Source: a virus
DNA length: 64,000 nt
Reading direction: 5' to 3' (one strand)
Virus record (IMG/VR): IMGVR_UViG_3300042307_001176
Span: 32,001-96,000 of that record
Of this stretch, positions 38,685-49,292 are shown one piece after another; within the stretch, counting starts at the first letter, position 1; each line of letters starts with the position of its first letter. The position numbers and the translations under genes were made by a program. The notes under the pieces are model-generated. The model was not told where the DNA came from, did not search any database, and was given only the letters and a program-made list of their open reading frames with translations.

Positions 38685-39017
38685 ATGATAGAAGGCTATG
38701 TTTATCTTATTGTAGAAGGAGATCAGTACGGAGAGGAGAAGTATAAAATTGGAATCACTAAAAATGACCCTCAAGAAAGATTAAAGAAATTAAAAACTGG
38801 TAATTCCGGAGATCTATCTGTGCTTAAAACATATAGAAGCAGAAATTATAAAAAGATAGAAAGATGGCTTCATAGAAAATATAAATTGCAGAGAACATTA
38901 TCTAATAATGAATTCTTCCATCTGACTGATTCTGAAGTTATTGGTTTTACCGAGGATTGCAAAAAAATAGATGAGATTGTTTCAACACTAAGCGAATTGA
39001 ATCCTTTCTTTAAGTAG
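38685..39017 (+). CDS. GIY-YIG/T5orf172-family nuclease-like protein
   Basis: GYVYLI, YKIGIT...RLKKL.TGN, E..LH, EFF. Confidence 0.8.
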   Translation: MIEGYVYLIVEGDQYGEEKYKIGITKNDPQERLKKLKTGNSGDLSVLKTYRSRNYKKIERWLHRKYKLQRTLSNNEFFHLTDSEVIGFTEDCKKIDEIVSTLSELNPFFK

Positions 39018-39018
39018 T

Positions 39019-39603
39019 TTATTTTTTATCTTTTCTATTAGCTTTAGCTTGCTTGTATAAAGCTTTATCACCCATCTTTGTTGTTTTACCTCCTGTTACA
39101 AAAGAATTAACTCTAGCCATTGCCCATTGTTGTGGTGTTGTTCCTGGAATATGACCTATTTTCCAAGCTGCATAACCCCTTTTCCATACCTGAGTTAATA
39201 TACCTTGGGGAAATCCAGTCTTATCTGATTTATTCTTTAGAGCTTTTTTTACTGGGCTACCAGCAGAAGTTACTCCCTCATTTAAGAATCCCTCAATTTC
39301 AAGGATCTCATCTTCTGATAAAGATTCTAATAAATCTATAAACTCATTTTCTATTTCTTCTAAGACACTCATGAATTGATAAGGGTCTGTCATTAAATTT
39401 TCCCCAAACATTTCTTTGTATTTTTTAGTGTATTTGCTTGTTTTGGTTTTTACTGGCTTACCCTTTCCTGCTTTGCGCGATTTATAATCAGCATCCCATG
39501 GACCATAAGCAGAAGAATCAGAATCATCTTTGCCACCATGTTTTTTTATCTCCCTTTTCATCACATTAGGATTAGTAGACAAGTATTTTTTTGGGTATTT
39601 CAT
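39019..39603 (-). CDS. Conserved phage hypothetical protein
   Basis: V.KRGYAAW..GH.PG.TPQQWAMARVNSF. Confidence 0.75.
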   Translation of the reverse strand: MKYPKKYLSTNPNVMKREIKKHGGKDDSDSSAYGPWDADYKSRKAGKGKPVKTKTSKYTKKYKEMFGENLMTDPYQFMSVLEEIENEFIDLLESLSEDEILEIEGFLNEGVTSAGSPVKKALKNKSDKTGFPQGILTQVWKRGYAAWKIGHIPGTTPQQWAMARVNSFVTGGKTTKMGDKALYKQAKANRKDKK

Positions 39604-39678
39604 TCAATATATATTCAATTTTGTTAAAACATTTTTTTAATTAATAAGAAATTTCTATCTTTACCTAAAATTAAGATA

Positions 39679-40098
39679 ATGGAGTTCCAAAGGAGCAAAT
39701 ACAGCAGAAGAATTAGAAAGAAAAAGAGGGTCGGCGAATTCAGACAATATGGATTTTGTATTGATGTTTACTGTGGTCCAGATCCAGATGGAAAAATTGT
39801 AGATGAGATAATCAATATTGTCATATCTAGAGGAATGGATTGTACAGGTGGAGGTGATCAGGAGAAATACCAATTCTTTTTTGATAGTCTAAAAAACGAA
39901 TCAGATAAAGAATGGGTTTCTAATGAAATTAAAAAAATCGAGGAAGTAGAAGATGTAGTTTATTACGGAACTGTTGATGTGTGGCACGATGATGCAGATC
40001 AATATTTTGAAGAAGTCGATAAAATCAGAAAAGAATATGTCGAGAATTATTTAAAAAAACAAGAGGATGAGAAAACTAGCGACAATTCAGAAAATTAA
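39679..40098 (+). CDS. YggL/DUF469-like (50S ribosome-associated) protein
   Basis: SRRIRKKKRVGEFRQYGF N terminus, C-terminal DVW. Confidence 0.65.
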   Translation: MEFQRSKYSRRIRKKKRVGEFRQYGFCIDVYCGPDPDGKIVDEIINIVISRGMDCTGGGDQEKYQFFFDSLKNESDKEWVSNEIKKIEEVEDVVYYGTVDVWHDDADQYFEEVDKIRKEYVENYLKKQEDEKTSDNSEN

Positions 40099-41086
40099 AG
40101 AAATCCTTCCAATTGAAGGAGCAGATGCTATTGAGTTAGCAATTGTAAACGGATGGAAAGTAGTAGTGGGAAAAAACGTAGAACACAAAGAAGGTGATTA
40201 TGTTATTTACTGTGAGATTGATTCGTTTCTTCCTATAAAAGAAGAATTTGAATTTCTTAGAAAGTCATCATATAAAAAAATGGCAGATGGCACTGAGGGA
40301 TTCAGATTGAGAACAATTAAACTTAGAGGACAAGTTTCTCAAGGTCTAATTATTCCTATAAATGTTCTTATGAGATATAAGAATTTTCAAGTTGAATTTG
40401 AAGAAGGATCTGACGTATCTGAAATTTTAGGTGTCGTTAAATATGAACCACCTATACCTGCAGAGTTATCTGGAATAGCTAAAGGATTATTTCCTGGATT
40501 CATTCCAAAGACTGATGAGGAAAGGATTCAGAATCTTTCTGAAGTATTTGAGACATGGAAAGAAGAACATAAATTCTATGTGACAGAAAAGCTAGACGGA
40601 AGTTCTGCTACATACTATTACAAAGATGGAGAATTTGGAGTATGCTCTAGAAACTTAGAGCTTTTAGAAACTGAAGGAAATTCATTCTGGAAAGTTGCAA
40701 GAAATCTAGATCTAGAGAACAAAATGAAATCTTTAGGATACAATGTGTGTTTCCAAGGTGAATTAATTGGCGAGGGTATACAAGGTAATCCTTATAAAAT
40801 ATTAGGACAGACGGTTAAGTTCTTTAATGTGTTCAATATTGACACCCGTGAATATGTGGGATTAACAGAATTTGTTAATACTATTCATGGATTAGGACTT
40901 GATACTGTACCTAAGATTGAAACAGAATTTACTTTACCAGATACAATAGAGGATCTTTTATCTTATGCAGATGAAAAATCTTCATTAAATTCAAACTTTG
41001 ATCGAGAAGGCGTAGTTATAAGAAGTATAGACAGAACAATATCATTTAAAGTGATTAGTAATAAATTCCTACTGAATGAAAAATAG
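40067..41086 (+). CDS. RNA ligase, DRB0094 (Rnl5-like) family
   Basis: RKLATIQ...EGADAIE, LRGQVSQGL, KTDEERIQN, TEKLDGSS, QGEL, REGVV, FKVISN. Confidence 0.9.
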   Translation: MRKLATIQKIKEILPIEGADAIELAIVNGWKVVVGKNVEHKEGDYVIYCEIDSFLPIKEEFEFLRKSSYKKMADGTEGFRLRTIKLRGQVSQGLIIPINVLMRYKNFQVEFEEGSDVSEILGVVKYEPPIPAELSGIAKGLFPGFIPKTDEERIQNLSEVFETWKEEHKFYVTEKLDGSSATYYYKDGEFGVCSRNLELLETEGNSFWKVARNLDLENKMKSLGYNVCFQGELIGEGIQGNPYKILGQTVKFFNVFNIDTREYVGLTEFVNTIHGLGLDTVPKIETEFTLPDTIEDLLSYADEKSSLNSNFDREGVVIRSIDRTISFKVISNKFLLNEK

Positions 41087-42083
41087 AAAAGTTCCAAAAA
41101 ATAATGTGGAGGTTACGGAAAGAATAAACAATTTAATTAATATAAATAGAAAAATGAGAGATAGACACATATCATTTGAGGATGATGATTTAGAATCAAT
41201 AGACACGCAAAAACACACACAATGGTCAGTATTACAAAGTGGTCAATTTGCTCCATCTTATGTTTCAATATCACAAGTACCTTCTGGGCTTTATGAAATG
41301 AAATGGAATAGTTCATTACAGACTTGGGTTATTGCTAAGCAAGCTTTAAATATTGATGAACTTTACGAGCTTCCATCGCCAGAGATTGAAAGCATTCTAA
41401 GTGATATAAAAATATTCTGGAGAAAAAGAGAAACCTATAGGGAGTATAACTTCGTACACAAAAGGGGTATTTTACTTTACGGAGATCCTGGGTGTGGTAA
41501 ATCTGGAATTATACAGCTTTGCGTTAAAAACCTAATAGAGGAAGAGAATGGTATTGTTATTAATATCAAAGAAGATGAGGATTTTAAAGCATTTGTTGAA
41601 ATGGTTCCCACTATAAGATCTATTGAACCAGAAAGACCTCTTATTGTAATACTAGAAGATATTGACTCATTAGCAGGGGAAGACAGATATTCAACAACAA
41701 AATTGCTTAATATTCTAGATGGGGTTAAGCAGATAGAAAATGTTGTTTATATAGCAACAACAAACTATCCGGAAAAACTACAAGAACGTATTACTAATCG
41801 TCCATCAAGATTTGATAGAAGATACGAGGTGCAAATGCCTTCAGGCGAAATTAGAGAAGCTTATATAAAAAATAAGCTTACTGACGAAGATCTTAAAAAA
41901 ATAGATATTAAAAAATGGATAGAGCTTACTGACGGAATGTCTCTTTCACACTTAAAAGAATTAGTAATTTCTGTTGTAGTAATGAGTAAAGACTTTGATG
42001 AATCAATTGCTACCCTTAATAGTATGGGAGAAAAACCTAAGGTTACAAGCAGGAAGAAATCTAAATTAGGATTTGGAAATTAA
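41076..42083 (+). CDS. AAA+ ATPase
   Basis: GDPGCGKS, ILEDID, LLNILDG, ATTNYPE, RPSRFD. Confidence 0.9.
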   Translation: MKNRKVPKNNVEVTERINNLININRKMRDRHISFEDDDLESIDTQKHTQWSVLQSGQFAPSYVSISQVPSGLYEMKWNSSLQTWVIAKQALNIDELYELPSPEIESILSDIKIFWRKRETYREYNFVHKRGILLYGDPGCGKSGIIQLCVKNLIEEENGIVINIKEDEDFKAFVEMVPTIRSIEPERPLIVILEDIDSLAGEDRYSTTKLLNILDGVKQIENVVYIATTNYPEKLQERITNRPSRFDRRYEVQMPSGEIREAYIKNKLTDEDLKKIDIKKWIELTDGMSLSHLKELVISVVVMSKDFDESIATLNSMGEKPKVTSRKKSKLGFGN

Positions 42084-42972
42084 TATGGAAAGATCATTAA
42101 TAAGAATATGTTCCGGATCCCTTGGTGATACTATAGGAGCAATGGCAGTAATAGACTCGTATCGTTCTAAAAATAATAAAAATGTATCTGTTATTTGCAA
42201 TCTCCATAGCGAGTATTTTTGTAATAGCTATCCAGACATTAAAAAAATATATCCACATAATTCCGTTCCTAATTATGCGCCAGATATCGATAAATGGGTA
42301 ATAGACGGAATAGAATATGACGAGTACAAGCAGATCGTATACAAATTTGATAAGCCGTTGATGAAAGGATACGCACAACAGCTTGATGTAAAAGAATGGA
42401 ATAGACCAATGATAGATTCTTTTGTAAAAGAAAGACCAATAAAAGGTAAATATGCGTGTTTTTCTATGCACTCAACAGCTCAATCTAAACATTGGAATTA
42501 TGAAGAAGGCTGGGATCAATTGTGTAAAATGCTCAGAAAAAAAGGAATAACACCAGTTTGTATAGATGTTCACGAAAGCTTCGGTACTGATGGGAATTGG
42601 AATACTGTACCTAAGTCATGTGTCAAAAGAAATGGAATGAATCTTAAAGAGATGTCCAACTACATACACCATTCTGAATTCTTTATAGGCTTAAGTAGCG
42701 GTTTAACATGGGTTGCTCACGCTTTAGGTAAACCAGTAGTTATGATATCAGGGGTAACTTCGGAAGATAATGAATTTACTGAAGACACAGTTAGGTTAAT
42801 AAACAAAGATGTTTGTCATGGATGTATAAACAATCATCAACATAAATTTGATTCGGATGACTGGTTCTGGTGTCCTTTACATAAAGGAACAGAAAAACAT
42901 TTTGAGTGCACAAAGACAATCACACCGGAGCAGGTTTTCAATTCCTTATCCCATTTATTACCCAAAGAATAA
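42073..42972 (+). CDS. Autotransporter O-heptosyltransferase-like (GT9, Aah/TibC type) glycosyltransferase
   Basis: SGSLGDTI, HSTAQSK.WN, FFIGLSSGL.W, MISG, VCHGC, WCP.HKGT...FEC. Confidence 0.8.
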   Translation: MEINMERSLIRICSGSLGDTIGAMAVIDSYRSKNNKNVSVICNLHSEYFCNSYPDIKKIYPHNSVPNYAPDIDKWVIDGIEYDEYKQIVYKFDKPLMKGYAQQLDVKEWNRPMIDSFVKERPIKGKYACFSMHSTAQSKHWNYEEGWDQLCKMLRKKGITPVCIDVHESFGTDGNWNTVPKSCVKRNGMNLKEMSNYIHHSEFFIGLSSGLTWVAHALGKPVVMISGVTSEDNEFTEDTVRLINKDVCHGCINNHQHKFDSDDWFWCPLHKGTEKHFECTKTITPEQVFNSLSHLLPKE

Positions 42973-43012
42973 TTTATATAAAATCCTGCTGATATATAAT
43001 CTATAGTTATTT

Positions 43013-44086
43013 ATGAAAAGCTTTAGAAACAAATATCCAGGTCTGTCAGAGAATCAGCTACTTATAAAGTATAAAATATGGCAGAGAGAAAAAGAAACTC
43101 AAAGACTTCTAAATGAAGCAGAGGAGAGGAAGAAATACAAAGATCCGTTTAGTAAAAAAAATGATACAGGTGAAGATGGTGCTTATGATGGAGCTTTAGA
43201 TGTAGATGGAAGTCACGGGGTTGTTTCTGATGCTGCTTTAGTTGGTGCTAGAGTAAATTTTTTGTATGCAAATAGTGGGGGTTTAATAAAAACAGCTATC
43301 ACTGATTTTGAAGGAAGATTTAATATACCCAGAAGTTTTGGATCGGGAGAAATATATATTAATGGCGGAATAGATGCTGTTAATGGATTACCATATAGAG
43401 GTGGATTTAGAATAGATCCTCCGTTTTTTCATCAATATAGGGCAATTACACCTTTAACACATATTACTAGTCACATTTGGACAAATACAGCAACTAGAAT
43501 TCCACAAGAAGCCTTAACAATAGTACTTGATTATTTGCCTGAATTTTTTGGAATACCAACGGATAATATAGATCATTCAATATTTGGTAAGGATCACGTA
43601 AGATCAACTTTAGAGGGTCTAAGAGGAGCTAAAGAGATACAAGCCATAAATACCCTTATTGAAATATATTCAGAGCTTATAAGCGGACTAAAAGCAAATC
43701 ATTCAAGTGAATTAGAAGGACTAAAAATTCAAACATACAGAGAAATAGGTGATGCTTTACTAACAAAAATAAATGGACAGGAAACGGAAAAATATTTTGA
43801 GAATATTTTTAAATTCCATATTAGCGGACAGAAAAAAAATCACGATGCCTGCTGTACAGAACTCATAAACAAAGCATCAGATATTATTAAAGACTCTTTA
43901 GATTTAGGATCATTGGAATGTACATCAAATATACAGTCAATAAATTTAGCTGTTAAATCCGAATGGACGGAGAAGGCTTTAATTATGACAGAGGATAATG
44001 GAATTACGAAATCCGATGTTTGGAAAGATATAGAGAATAAAAAACCGGAAAATTTAATGGATCAGATTAATATACCTACGGTTTAA
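43013..44086 (+). CDS. Hypothetical protein
   Basis: 357 aa ORF, GATATATA upstream. Confidence 0.7.
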   Translation: MKSFRNKYPGLSENQLLIKYKIWQREKETQRLLNEAEERKKYKDPFSKKNDTGEDGAYDGALDVDGSHGVVSDAALVGARVNFLYANSGGLIKTAITDFEGRFNIPRSFGSGEIYINGGIDAVNGLPYRGGFRIDPPFFHQYRAITPLTHITSHIWTNTATRIPQEALTIVLDYLPEFFGIPTDNIDHSIFGKDHVRSTLEGLRGAKEIQAINTLIEIYSELISGLKANHSSELEGLKIQTYREIGDALLTKINGQETEKYFENIFKFHISGQKKNHDACCTELINKASDIIKDSLDLGSLECTSNIQSINLAVKSEWTEKALIMTEDNGITKSDVWKDIENKKPENLMDQINIPTV

Positions 44087-44691
44087 TCTTTCTCATGGTG
44101 ATCTAAAGCTTTACCGAATTTATCCAACTTGTTCATTATCTTCTTAAGTTCATTAAAAGACCAAGGCTTAAGAGAGTTTGTATCCAATCCAATATCCATG
44201 GTTCTTCTTCTTTCATTTGCTTTTGATGAAGTCCACCATTCGTCTGGCTGAAGATTATTATGGCAATGTCCATGTAATTGCCAAGATCCTTTATGGCATT
44301 TGTTCCACATCTTCATCGGCCAATGACTCATGATTATTCGGATTCCATCAATCTCAATTTCTAAATAATGTTGTACACTGGAAAAATAATCATGACAATC
44401 ATCTCTATTATTCTCCAAATGATGATCGTGATTCCCTAGTATTAAATGTATGTTTGAACAATTTAACCTGTCTCTGAATTTCTTAATATTATCGAATCCA
44501 CCAAAACTCCAGTCGCCTAAATGATAAAGTGTGTCTTCGTATCCTACAGTGGAATTTATTGATCTAACTATAAATTCGTCGTGTTCAGAAAGGGAGCTAA
44601 ACTTTCTGCATCTTTTGTCATTGTCCCAAGAGGTACATCCGGAAACTAAATTCTTATGCCCGTAATGAGTATCTGAAGTGAAATATATCAT
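44083..44691 (-). CDS. Calcineurin-like metallophosphoesterase
   Basis: FTSDTHYGH, LGD, GNHD, LHGHCH; start moved to MIYFTSD. Confidence 0.9.
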   Translation of the reverse strand: MIYFTSDTHYGHKNLVSGCTSWDNDKRCRKFSSLSEHDEFIVRSINSTVGYEDTLYHLGDWSFGGFDNIKKFRDRLNCSNIHLILGNHDHHLENNRDDCHDYFSSVQHYLEIEIDGIRIIMSHWPMKMWNKCHKGSWQLHGHCHNNLQPDEWWTSSKANERRRTMDIGLDTNSLKPWSFNELKKIMNKLDKFGKALDHHEKD

Positions 44692-44764
44692 GAAAATTAT
44701 ACGCTTTTTTTGTTTTTTGTTCCGGAACTTTTGTTCTTTTTTTCTGTAAAATAATAAAAATAAT

Positions 44765-45316
44765 ATGGATTTTAAAGACTTTAAAGAGTGTATAGACAAT
44801 TTAATTGAAATGCACAGAAAAAGTGACGAAGCTTATAAATTAAAAATAGACATCCTTGATTACCATGATGAATACGAGAAAGCTGTTACTATATTATGGA
44901 GTCAAATATTAACTGATACTGGACAAGACTGGTTATACTGGTATCTTTATGATAAAAATGGAATATCAGGAAAGCCTAGAAAAGATATGCAGGCTTGGGA
45001 TGAGGACAAGAAAGAAATTTGTAAAAATCTTAAGGGCCTTCATAGCTTTCTTGTAGAAAGTAATTACTTTCGAATCCAAGGTAAAAATGAAGAGGAAAAA
45101 ATAATAGACGCTAATAATATTACAGAAGTGAATAATCTTACCGATGAGAAGATGCCATGTATAATAAACTGGGATTTACACCAAAAGCTTAAAAAACCCA
45201 CTGAGATTAAAACCGAATTTGACTTTAAAAAAGAGCCAGGTAAGAAAAAAAATAAAATTAAAAAAGAAATAGTTCCTAAGAAAAAATCAAAGGACGGAGA
45301 AGATTCTAATAAATAA
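44765..45316 (+). CDS. Hypothetical protein
   Basis: 183 aa ORF. Confidence 0.7.
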   Translation: MDFKDFKECIDNLIEMHRKSDEAYKLKIDILDYHDEYEKAVTILWSQILTDTGQDWLYWYLYDKNGISGKPRKDMQAWDEDKKEICKNLKGLHSFLVESNYFRIQGKNEEEKIIDANNITEVNNLTDEKMPCIINWDLHQKLKKPTEIKTEFDFKKEPGKKKNKIKKEIVPKKKSKDGEDSNK

Positions 45317-45322
45317 AAATAT

Positions 45323-45514
45323 ATGTCAGGAAAAATAAATCCAAAAATAATATTAGAAGATAAAGAGTATGAATTAGAAAAAATTCATATATCTGAACTA
45401 AATTATCTAATGGTGAGATTATTTAATCCAATAGAGAAGAATTATATTACTTACAATCTTGGTGATTATAATCCCGAGAATAATTTTATAAAAGATGCGA
45501 TCGAAAAAATCTGA
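45323..45514 (+). CDS. Hypothetical protein
   Basis: 63 aa ORF. Confidence 0.55.
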   Translation: MSGKINPKIILEDKEYELEKIHISELNYLMVRLFNPIEKNYITYNLGDYNPENNFIKDAIEKI

Positions 45515-45971
45515 CGAGATAGTACTTCTAAATAGTGAAGGGCCAATACTTAAAGCTAAAAAAACAGATTCTGATGAATATGTATTGTATGATAAAGAAG
45601 ACACAATAGTTGATATACTATCCACTAGCCAATTTACTGACTTCATATACAACAATGTTCCATTGACAGGAACTGATGGCAAAGAAATATATTATGATTC
45701 ATATTCACGAGATATGAAACCAGAGAAGGAAGATTTAGAGATCTTTATTAAAGGAGTACAAACTTTTGTTGCTTTTAATTCGGAAGATGGATCATGGATT
45801 TCTCCTGTTAAATCAGAGAAGGAATGGCAAGAATCGGTTCTAAAAGAATTATTTCCAAGCTATCCACACGGAGCTCCTAAATGGCAATATCTAAATGGGC
45901 TTTTACATATAGCACTAGAATATAAAGAAGGATTAGAAACGGAAGAAAACTACGAAGATGAAAACGGATAA
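45495..45971 (+). CDS. Hypothetical protein
   Basis: 158 aa ORF. Confidence 0.65.
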   Translation: MRSKKSDEIVLLNSEGPILKAKKTDSDEYVLYDKEDTIVDILSTSQFTDFIYNNVPLTGTDGKEIYYDSYSRDMKPEKEDLEIFIKGVQTFVAFNSEDGSWISPVKSEKEWQESVLKELFPSYPHGAPKWQYLNGLLHIALEYKEGLETEENYEDENG

Positions 45972-46308
45972 GGAATTAATTTATATTGCTTCTCCTTATA
46001 CTAATCCAGATAATAACATTAGGATTCAGAATTATTTAGAAGTTACAAAAATAGCTGCAGATCTTGTATCTAATGGGCATGTTGCTATTTCACCTATAAC
46101 ATACGGACACGTTCTATCGGAATGCAAAGAAATGGCAACTGATTGGGGATTTTGGATGGATTTCTGTTTGGTTCTACTTAATAAATGTGATAAACTCCTA
46201 GTGTGTAATACTATCCCTGGATGGGAAAATTCTAAGGGTGTTGCAGCAGAGATTGAATTTGCAAAACAGAATGGGATAAAAGTTGAATATTTAAAACCAT
46301 TGGAATGA
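45958..46308 (+). CDS. Nucleoside 2-deoxyribosyltransferase-like (DUF1937/DUF4406) protein
   Basis: IYIASPY, SPI, CD, GWENSKGV..EIEFA. Confidence 0.75.
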   Translation: MKTDKELIYIASPYTNPDNNIRIQNYLEVTKIAADLVSNGHVAISPITYGHVLSECKEMATDWGFWMDFCLVLLNKCDKLLVCNTIPGWENSKGVAAEIEFAKQNGIKVEYLKPLE

Positions 46309-46502
46309 AAAGAATATTTCTGATACAAAATATTAAAGGTAGATACTATTCAAAAAATAGTAAAAGGTTTGGTGGTATAGAATTTGCTACCAGATTTTAC
46401 ATAAAAGAGCAAGCAGATACCACCGCAGAACTTCTAACAGATACTGATTTAGAAGGACCTTTTTTTATAATTGAAGGATTTGAAAAATTTAATAAAGACT
46501 AA
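46305..46502 (+). CDS. Hypothetical protein
   Basis: 65 aa, ATGA overlap. Confidence 0.55.
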   Translation: MKRIFLIQNIKGRYYSKNSKRFGGIEFATRFYIKEQADTTAELLTDTDLEGPFFIIEGFEKFNKD

Positions 46503-46612
46503 TGTGTTCACTTAAAAAGAAAATACAAAAACTTATGCTATGGATCTCTTATAAATTTCCAAAAAAAGGCAAAAAAAGTATTTGGGATTTTGATTAAATA
46601 TTAATAAAAAAT

Positions 46613-46861
46613 ATGGAAAAAAAAATAACAGCAGATACTCAATCAAATAGACTAAAAGATGACATTCGAACTGAGTTTGATAAGATAAAGTGGATGATCG
46701 ATGAACATACACGAGTACAGGATAATCAAATTAAATTTAGAGATGAATTAATTAAAGTATTATACTCCCAAGTAGTAGATCTAACTATGATGTCCAAAAT
46801 CGAATTGGGAGATGATGTGATAGCAGAAATTAAACGACTAAAAGATATTATCAATGAATAA
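46613..46861 (+). CDS. Hypothetical protein
   Basis: 82 aa ORF. Confidence 0.6.
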   Translation: MEKKITADTQSNRLKDDIRTEFDKIKWMIDEHTRVQDNQIKFRDELIKVLYSQVVDLTMMSKIELGDDVIAEIKRLKDIINE

Positions 46862-47879
46862 TCTAGATAAACAATATATAACTTTACTCCAAGATATTCT
46901 AGATAATGGAGTAACAAAATCAGATCGTACTGGTACTGGAACACTTTCAGTATTTGGTAGACAAATCAGACACAAGATGAGTGATGGGTTTCCGTTACTT
47001 ACAACAAAGAAAATGCCATTCAAAACAATCACAACGGAATTACTATGGTTCTTACGTGGAGATACAAACATTAAATTCCTTGTTGATAATAATTGTCATA
47101 TTTGGGATGGTGATGCTTATAAGAACTATTGTATATCTTACAAAGACGGTCACGAGTTTTATGAAGATGAAGAAGTAAAACGTTCATACACACAAGAAGA
47201 ATTCATTAATAAAATCAAAACAGATGATGACTTTGCTAAGAAGCGGGGAGAATTAGGACCAATCTATGGGGCACAATGGAGAAATTGGACATTACATAGC
47301 GTAGGACCAAATGACTCTTTCCCTATATATGTAGACCAAATTAAACTATTGATTGAACAACTTAAAACAAATCCAGACTCAAGACGATTAATGGTTAATG
47401 CTTGGAATGTAGGTGAATTAGACCAAATGGTTCTTCCCCCGTGTCATTATGGATTTCAAGTTTATACAAGACCAACAACCAGAGAAGAAAAAATAACAAA
47501 TCCTGGAAAATACAGAGCAATTTCTTTAAGCTGGAATCAACGTTCAGCAGATACATTCCTAGGTTTACCTTTTAATATTGCTTCTTATGGTCTACTACTT
47601 GAAATCATTGCAAAAGCAGTGGATATGGTTCCAGATGAATTGATTGGTAATTTAGGTGATACGCATTTGTATTTGAATCACATCGAACAAGCAAAGGAAC
47701 AGATTACTAGAGAACCTATGAAATTAACAGAATTAAATATTAATACTGAATTCTGGGAACCTAAATATTTGTTAGATTTATTAGAGAAAGGAACATTTAT
47801 AAAATGTTTAATAGAAGAAGATATACAAATGCTTAATTACCAATCACATCCGGCAATTAAAGCGCCTTTGTCTAATTAG
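46854..47879 (+). CDS. thyA: Thymidylate synthase
   Basis: DRTGTGT, ELLWF, GPIYGAQWR, LPPCH, QRSADTFLGLPFNIASY, HLYLNH. Confidence 0.97.
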   Translation: MNNLDKQYITLLQDILDNGVTKSDRTGTGTLSVFGRQIRHKMSDGFPLLTTKKMPFKTITTELLWFLRGDTNIKFLVDNNCHIWDGDAYKNYCISYKDGHEFYEDEEVKRSYTQEEFINKIKTDDDFAKKRGELGPIYGAQWRNWTLHSVGPNDSFPIYVDQIKLLIEQLKTNPDSRRLMVNAWNVGELDQMVLPPCHYGFQVYTRPTTREEKITNPGKYRAISLSWNQRSADTFLGLPFNIASYGLLLEIIAKAVDMVPDELIGNLGDTHLYLNHIEQAKEQITREPMKLTELNINTEFWEPKYLLDLLEKGTFIKCLIEEDIQMLNYQSHPAIKAPLSN

Positions 47880-47913
47880 TAAAAGATAAAAATAAACATC
47901 AAATATAAATATA

Positions 47914-48159
47914 ATGGGGAAAATAATATTGGAATTTGATTCAAACGAAGAATCGCAAGAGGCAAGAGTGGCTCTTGATGGTTATAAATGGAAATTGGCA
48001 ATGTGGGATCTTGACCAAAAGTTAAGGTCAACAACCAAACACGGAATTAAGTTTTATTCAAACGAAGAAGCGTCAAGTGAGGAAATAGATATTTGTCAAA
48101 AAATCAGAAATGAAATCAGAGAGACTCTTGATAGCTATAATTTAAACTTAGAAGATTAA
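47914..48159 (+). CDS. Hypothetical protein
   Basis: 81 aa ORF. Confidence 0.65.
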   Translation: MGKIILEFDSNEESQEARVALDGYKWKLAMWDLDQKLRSTTKHGIKFYSNEEASSEEIDICQKIRNEIRETLDSYNLNLED

Positions 48160-48184
48160 GTTATGAGTAAAGAAAAAATAATCG

Positions 48185-48388
48185 ATGGAAGATAAAAAAT
48201 ATCCACCTATTACACCAGAAAAAAGCGAGGGAAAACATATGGGTGCACTTGCGGGTAGAGCTGAAGATGAAAGGAAAAGAAAAGAAGAGGCGCTGAAACA
48301 GTCAATGAGTATAGGTATTTCCTTAGATCCTGAAATCAATTGGATTGTAAAGACTATAAATGGTAAAAGCTATCTGTCTATTAAATAG
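48185..48388 (+). CDS. Hypothetical protein
   Basis: 67 aa ORF. Confidence 0.55.
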   Translation: MEDKKYPPITPEKSEGKHMGALAGRAEDERKRKEEALKQSMSIGISLDPEINWIVKTINGKSYLSIK

Positions 48389-48412
48389 TAATTTTATAAT
48401 AATAAATAAAAA

Positions 48413-48469
48413 ATGATAAACGTATATTTGGATGAAGTAAGAACACCTAATGATGAAAGATGGATATAG
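48413..48469 (+). pseudogene. Truncated copy of the 5' end of the receiver-domain gene at 49293
   Basis: MINVYLDEVRTPNDERWI* versus ...IYLDDIRTPNDERWI. Confidence 0.7.
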
Positions 48470-48807
48470 GAAAACTTATAATAGGAATATTTTTCGGTAT
48501 TATAGCTCAAATATTAGTTTTCTTCCAGTTGCAGGGATCTCTGAAGTATGATTGGTTTAGGAATAATTATTGGTTAGTTGTTCTTTTAGGTATACCTGCT
48601 TCTATGTTTTTTATGTATTCAGTTAAGAATATGGTAATTGCTTATAACGGACAAATGTGGCCATCGAGATTAATAGGATTTTCAATTGGTGCTATTGTGT
48701 TTACTTACTTTAGTTTGTCACTATTTAATGAGCCGCTAACTACAAAAACACTTATCTGCTTATTCTTGTCATTTACTATATTAGGAATTCAATTATTCGT
48801 AAAATAA
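48460..48807 (+). CDS. Four-TM small membrane protein (DMT/SMR-like)
   Basis: Four hydrophobic helices, F.EPL motif. Confidence 0.65.
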   Translation: MDIGKLIIGIFFGIIAQILVFFQLQGSLKYDWFRNNYWLVVLLGIPASMFFMYSVKNMVIAYNGQMWPSRLIGFSIGAIVFTYFSLSLFNEPLTTKTLICLFLSFTILGIQLFVK

Positions 48808-48839
48808 AAGAAATGAGTAAAAAGATATCACTGAAATAA

Positions 48840-49289
48840 ATGCAACCGAAGATAAATTTGAAAAATATGGAAATGATATCGCAACATCCTATTAAAAAAT
48901 CTGATCTCGGATTTCATGGAAATCTTTTTGGCGGGCAATTATTAAAATGGATAGATTCTGCTGCAGCTAGTTATTCAATGCAGTTATGTGATACACCTAG
49001 AATGGTAACTGTATCAATAGATAAATGTAATTTTGAAAAACCAGCAAGAGAAAGTCAATTACTTAAAATATATGGTTACCCAACAACAGTTGGTAATTCA
49101 TCAGTAACATTATATATGGAAGCTAGAGCACATAATGTATATAATGGTAAACAAGTACTTGTTCTAAAGACCCATATTAAATTTGTACACATTGACGAGG
49201 AAGGTAATCCTATTCCTATTGGAGAGAAAGGAAGAAATAGAATAAATAGAATGATCGAATTGCAATCTAGCGAAGAGACTAACAATTAA
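48840..49289 (+). CDS. Acyl-CoA thioesterase (HotDog fold)
   Basis: HGNLFGGQLLKWID, VTVSID, F..P, VGNSS, FVHID..G.P. Confidence 0.85.
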   Translation: MQPKINLKNMEMISQHPIKKSDLGFHGNLFGGQLLKWIDSAAASYSMQLCDTPRMVTVSIDKCNFEKPARESQLLKIYGYPTTVGNSSVTLYMEARAHNVYNGKQVLVLKTHIKFVHIDEEGNPIPIGEKGRNRINRMIELQSSEETNN

Positions 49290-49292
49290 AAT

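Noticed and set aside
38685-39017. Mobile homing endonuclease or IS element
   Set aside because: Short stand-alone T5orf172-like domain with no flanking repeats or intron structure seen.
46854-47879. Intron or intein in thyA
   Set aside because: The ORF is continuous; the extra segment has no intein termini and resembles a normal variable insertion.
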